A DNA stretch of 64,000 bases from Vicugna vicugna (Eukaryota), in NCBI GenBank assembly GCA_013265495.1, contig MU058423.1, positions 9,099,627 to 9,163,626 of the forward strand, written 5' to 3'. How positions within the stretch are numbered: the stretch's first letter is position 1; every line of letters starts with the position of its first letter. This document shows, one piece after another, positions 59,270 through 64,000 of the stretch. The notes under the pieces are model-generated. The model did not search any database and was not told the DNA's origin. It saw nothing but the letters and a program-made list of their open reading frames with translations. The position numbers and the translations under genes were made by a program.

Positions 59270-59700
59270 CAGAATAGCTAATAATATTCTATCCTATAGA
59301 AATAACCAAACATTCAGAAAAAGCTCTACCACAAAGATGTTCACAGCAGCATCATTTATAGTAGGAAACACGGAAACCTAGGTGCTCGACCTTTAGTTAC
59401 ACATCCTATAAACAAATCATACTATGTAAATCAGACAAATAATACGCAAATACTGTTTATGAATACACTTTAAAGACTTGTAAAAATGTTTATGGCAATG
59501 TTAAATTAAAAAAAAATCAAAGCAGGATATACAATTGTGTATGTAAGTTCAACTATGAAAAACAAAAAGTCACTTCAGTGTTAACAATGTTTATGTTAGG
59601 TAGTGATTTTAAGTGACATAAAATTGTTTATTATGCTGTTCTGAATTTTCTAAATCTTTTCTAATAGGCATGATTGTACTTTCAATAAGAGGAAAATGTT
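59270..59700 (+). mobile_element. old L1ME 3' fragment
   Basis: atcctatagaaata...acaaagatgttcacagcagcatcatttatag. Confidence 0.55.
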
Positions 59701-61429
59701 TTGTTTATCTAAGAGAAAAACTATGTAAAACTAGAACGCAGGGCAAGGGGAGAGACACTGGTAATTTTGAGAGTTGTATTGTATCCATATTCATCTACCC
59801 TGTTTTAAATGAATTCAAAAGTGATACATGATCTTAATGAAATTAACAAATTTAAAAAATATTTTCCTGAATTGGAATTACAAAAACTTCTAGTTAGGAC
59901 TTTTGACATAAGGGCTGGGGGTTTTAATAGAATACCTATCTGTAATCAAAATCCCAGGACAATCTGGGAAGAACACAAGGGTCATCACGGCCTGGGCAGA
60001 AAGATGAGGCGGAAAAGGTTAACAGAGAAGCGGGGTGGGGGTGGGGGGCAAATATTTAATCAGTGAGTGGTTTACAGCATCAAGAGTAGAAAGTATCAAC
60101 AGATGACTTTTGAGGATTCTCGAAAGAATTCAAGAGGTACAAAGAGAAAAATCCTGAAGGAGACGGATTTGAACATAAACCAACACATGGCTAACCCCAC
60201 CCAAATGCCAAGATATGCCACCTAAAGTCTTAATAAATACTATATCAAAAGTCCATTCAGTTGAGTAATTTCTCTCTTATGGAGGCATGAGAGTTGGTTC
60301 CCTGGCAGTCACCTCCAACTTCAACCCCAGAAGTCAGGGACAATCTTCTCTGGCCCATCTCCATCCTCTGATCCAGTTCCCATTTCCCAGATCATACTTC
60401 CCACTGGTAACAGATTTGGTTTCATCATCTAGGCTTTTGGATAAGCCTTTTAAAATCTACTTATTTGTTCTTCTATCTTGCAAGGGTAGATGACTTCTAC
60501 AAAGTTATATTTCGTTCTGTAAAGTACCTATTCCATTTTATTTAACCTACACTCACCTTTTGCAAGCTCATGCTGGCTGAGGCAGGCCCCACGCTTTATC
60601 CTTTTATGATCTGGAGCATGTGGTACATGCACAGCACAAAAGTGCTTCCTAAGTGTTTGTAGAACTGAAATGAATGACTCTCTAAGTCTCCTCTACTCAT
60701 CACTATAGGCATTCAGCATTTTGTATTTAAACACTGTTAAAAGGACAATATGTTCATTAATTAAATTTGCAACTTCCCTCATTAATTCCCTTCTCTGTAC
60801 TCCGATATCCCACTGTTCACTACTGTATCATGTATCACCTGGGTTTACTGTGTACATACACTAGATTAAAATAATAAAACGAAGATTACTGAAGACTTAA
60901 AATGATTTACATTCATAATCTTATTTACCCTTCCCAACAACCTTTCAAGTTAAATAGTATTATCTCCAGTTTAGGGTCAACCCAGGCAAATGCACAGCCC
61001 AAGTCTGGAGTCACACTGGCTGCAGTGGTTACAGAGCACAAATTGGCCACATACTGTTACTCTTAACAGCAGGACCCACTCTTAGCCACCCAGTGCATAC
61101 ATAGCCCAACGCCTGGTACAGAAAGGGGATTTAATGTCCGTGGATTTTATCGTTACAGTCACTAAGCTGCTAGGTGACTTAAGTAAGTCACTTTACCTCT
61201 CTCAGGAGTTAGGGGTGAACTATTGATTTCTTACTTAAATCATCACCTTGCTCTCAAATTCTGAGTCTATGATTGCCCAATCAAGTTTATGCATCCAGCA
61301 GTTACTGCGCAGGACATGACCAATGTGGTATTCCTCTCAGTCAGTCAGGGACTTACATGGATTGCTGGCCAGGGGACAGAAGTAATTCCACCAGTAACTG
61401 GGCAGTATAACGCCATTATAATCCTACTT

Positions 61430-61842
61430 ATTAAATAGGATGTTATCATGTGAGGAAACCATGAGAATAAGCCAAACTGAGGCTCAGTCTTCAAAACAAA
61501 GGGCCTAGACGATCAAAAATGTCAGTATTACAAAAAACCAAAAAGCTATTCTATACTGAAGAGACATGGCAAATAATGTAATAATTAAATTCTGCATCCA
61601 AAAAAAAAAGTCATTATTGGGACGTTATTGGGAAAGCTGAGGAAACGTGACTTACATAAGAGTATTGTATTAATGTTAAACTTTCTGAATGTGGTGGCTA
61701 TATTGTGGTTATGTGGGAGAATATTCTTATTCTTAGGATACATCCCTAATACTTTAGGGATAAAGGGTCATGATGTCTACAACTAAATGAAATGTTCAGG
61801 AAAAAAAAAGGTATATGTGTAAGTATGTGTATAGATATGTAT

Positions 61843-61882
<40 letters not shown>

Positions 61883-62020
61883 GAGAGAAAGGAAAAACAA
61901 ATGGGGCAAGATGTTAACAACTGGCGAATCTCGAATCTATGGGATTGGCAAATAAATATTCATCATGCTCCTCCTGCAACTTTTCTAGTTTTGAAAATTC
62001 TCAAAATAAATTTGAGAAAA
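61430..62020 (+). mobile_element. old L1 (L1MC/MD-like) 3' end containing a (TA)n microsatellite
   Basis: agtattgtattaatgttaaactttctgaa...gtggttatgtgggagaatattctt...aaatggggcaagatgttaacaactgg...ctgcaacttttct. Confidence 0.65.
61850..61879. repeat. (TA)n microsatellite
   Basis: direct reading, ~15 units. Confidence 0.9.
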
Positions 62021-64000
62021 TAAAAAAATGACAAAAACCAAAATAAGGTCTGAAGGAGAGTAATTTTGAACTTAGAATTAAATATTGACAAGTCATCACT
62101 CAAGAATGAGGGTAAAATATATCTTCAGAAAGAAACAATTATCTCTGAACAATACACAACATAAGTTGACTAAAATAATGTAAAAATCTTGCACAAAAAG
62201 GCAAAGATGCTTAATTACAGACATCTAAGAAATGGAGCTTTTCATGGAAGAATACTTTAAAAAAATCTTACAGAAAATATTGTAACGACAAAGCTGCTTT
62301 CACGGAATCCTGACTCATTATGAGGAAATCTAAGGCTTTACTGCTAGTATTTGTTACCGTGTTTCCTCTGTCACAAAGTCAGCTGGAGGTTTATGTTCTA
62401 TGCCTTTCATCAGACAAGGCAAGGTTTACTACATTTGGGAGCAAAAACATAACTGATCCTCAGTTCCCTGAAAGTATGAATCACCATAAACACAGACAGA
62501 CACTAGCATACTAATTAAGTCATTTTGGCTTAATTTGCAGTAAGACTTTAGAATTATTTTACTGGTATGTTATGGACCAGTTTTAAAGAGAGATTCAATA
62601 TTTGTGTATCATCACAAAAATGAAGAGATTACTGGTTAGACTGTACCTAAAAAGAATGAAATCTACTTCTTAAAAATATTCAACAAGAGTATAGTGAGAT
62701 CAAGTTTTACTCTTAAAAAAACTAAAAAATGTCTATAGCTTAAGATTATACTGCTTTGTGGTAAATTTTGAAAAGATAAGTAACATGACGATCTATTGCA
62801 TCTCTCTCCATTCTTAAGATGAAAATACGTGGCTGTTCAGCCATTATTACATTAAGTGTTTATTCCCGTGAACACTGGGTTACATGGTTCAAATGACTAC
62901 AAACTGAACTCACTAAAAAGGTAAAATAAAATTAAAAAAGAAAACCCATCAACACAAAAATCAGTGTTATCAATATCTAGGATGGAGCCTAAGCGAGATC
63001 AGTCTTGGTGCGATCTCTAATTACTCAATTTACATAGCTAAGCGATGGCATATCTGCTACCTCTTGTTTTTAAAAGATCCCTAGTAAGTATTTCGTGAGG
63101 TAGAATTCATAACTGTATTTATACATTATTGAGAAAGTAGATCCATTAAGAACAAGCTACTACATCCATCCCTGAAAGAGACAAAACCCATCTCAGGGAT
63201 CTTGATGTACCCTGGCTGAAATGGTCAACTGCTCATTTGACTGACACATCTAAAAAATAATGCTAAAAGAACTCAAGCTTTTAAATAATTGCAAAATTTA
63301 AATCACATATATTTGTCAGAATGATACTTGAGAAAAATGATTTTTTTACTTAAACTGCAAAATTTGGTAGCTACAAAGGAGTTACACTTCAACTCTAAGT
63401 GGATTTCCACAGATGACACTGGGAAGCAGGTCTTCAAACTATATTAAGATGAACTAGAAATACAATCTGAGAAAACTACTAACGAATATAACCCCAAACA
63501 CACTAACCTAAAGCACCATGGCCCTCTTCATGGCCTGCACGCTAGCAGTTGGAGGGTGACTATTTAGCAGCTCTCTGGGAGCTACAGAGGGCTATTCTGC
63601 AACTTCTTCAAGCATCCTAGTAGGTGAAGAGCGCAAAGGATCAGAGCTTGGGTACTACTTTTGAAATGGTTGCTGATTCCTATTTATTGTGAATAAAGTC
63701 AGAGATACAAGGAACAAAAATCTGGTTCTCTGCATCCCTTGGCATATTTCAAATACCAGTTTTTCTTTTCTCAGTACTTTCAACAAAGCAATTCACATAT
63801 GCTTAGCTTTTTATCTAATCTTTAAAGTTGTTTTCCACAACTTGAGTTGTTACCAACTCACTTGTGGAAAAACTGAACATTTTCCATTTCGTCAGAGATG
63901 TAGGCACACAGCTGTTGTATTCATACAATAATCAAGGTCATATTTTAAAAAAAAGAAAAAATATAAGGAACATTCTATTTTTGATAATACACAGAACTCA

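Noticed and set aside
3105..62020. L1 orientation flips between the two genes (mostly minus in SASS6, plus in MFSD14A)
   Set aside because: This is the well-known antisense bias of intronic L1s and is not novel.
1..64000. A novel multi-gene or defence-type system, CRISPR array or operon
   Set aside because: The window is intron-rich mammalian DNA explained by SASS6, MFSD14A and interspersed repeats. I saw no regularly spaced repeat-spacer array and no unexplained long ORF.

Overview
This is mammalian genomic DNA, most likely camelid (Vicugna/Lama/Camelus), judged from a tRNA-derived Vic-1-type SINE at ~43.0 kb. It holds two intact, convergently transcribed (tail-to-tail) protein-coding genes. 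SASS6 (centriole cartwheel protein SAS-6) is on +, with coding exons 2-17 at 624-30935 and exon 1 left of the window. MFSD14A/HIAT1 (MFS transporter) is on -, with coding exons 2-12 at 56355-34197 and exon 1 right of the window. All 27 exons were placed by GT-AG boundaries and reading-frame continuity. The introns carry L1, L2, MIR, hAT/Tigger MITEs, LTRs and microsatellites. I found no evidence of a new multi-gene system. The most notable sequence-level observations are: (1) a perfect 16-bp inverted repeat carrying AATAAA on both strands between the two 3' ends; (2) clustered CpG/GC-rich patches in MFSD14A resembling GC-biased gene conversion, one containing a near-perfect CTCF motif; (3) a candidate 30-nt poison exon in the intron that splits the SAS-6 KEN degron; (4) two successive L1 insertions into the same target site. 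Comparisons to human proteins and repeat consensuses are from memory, not from searches, and repeat boundaries are approximate.
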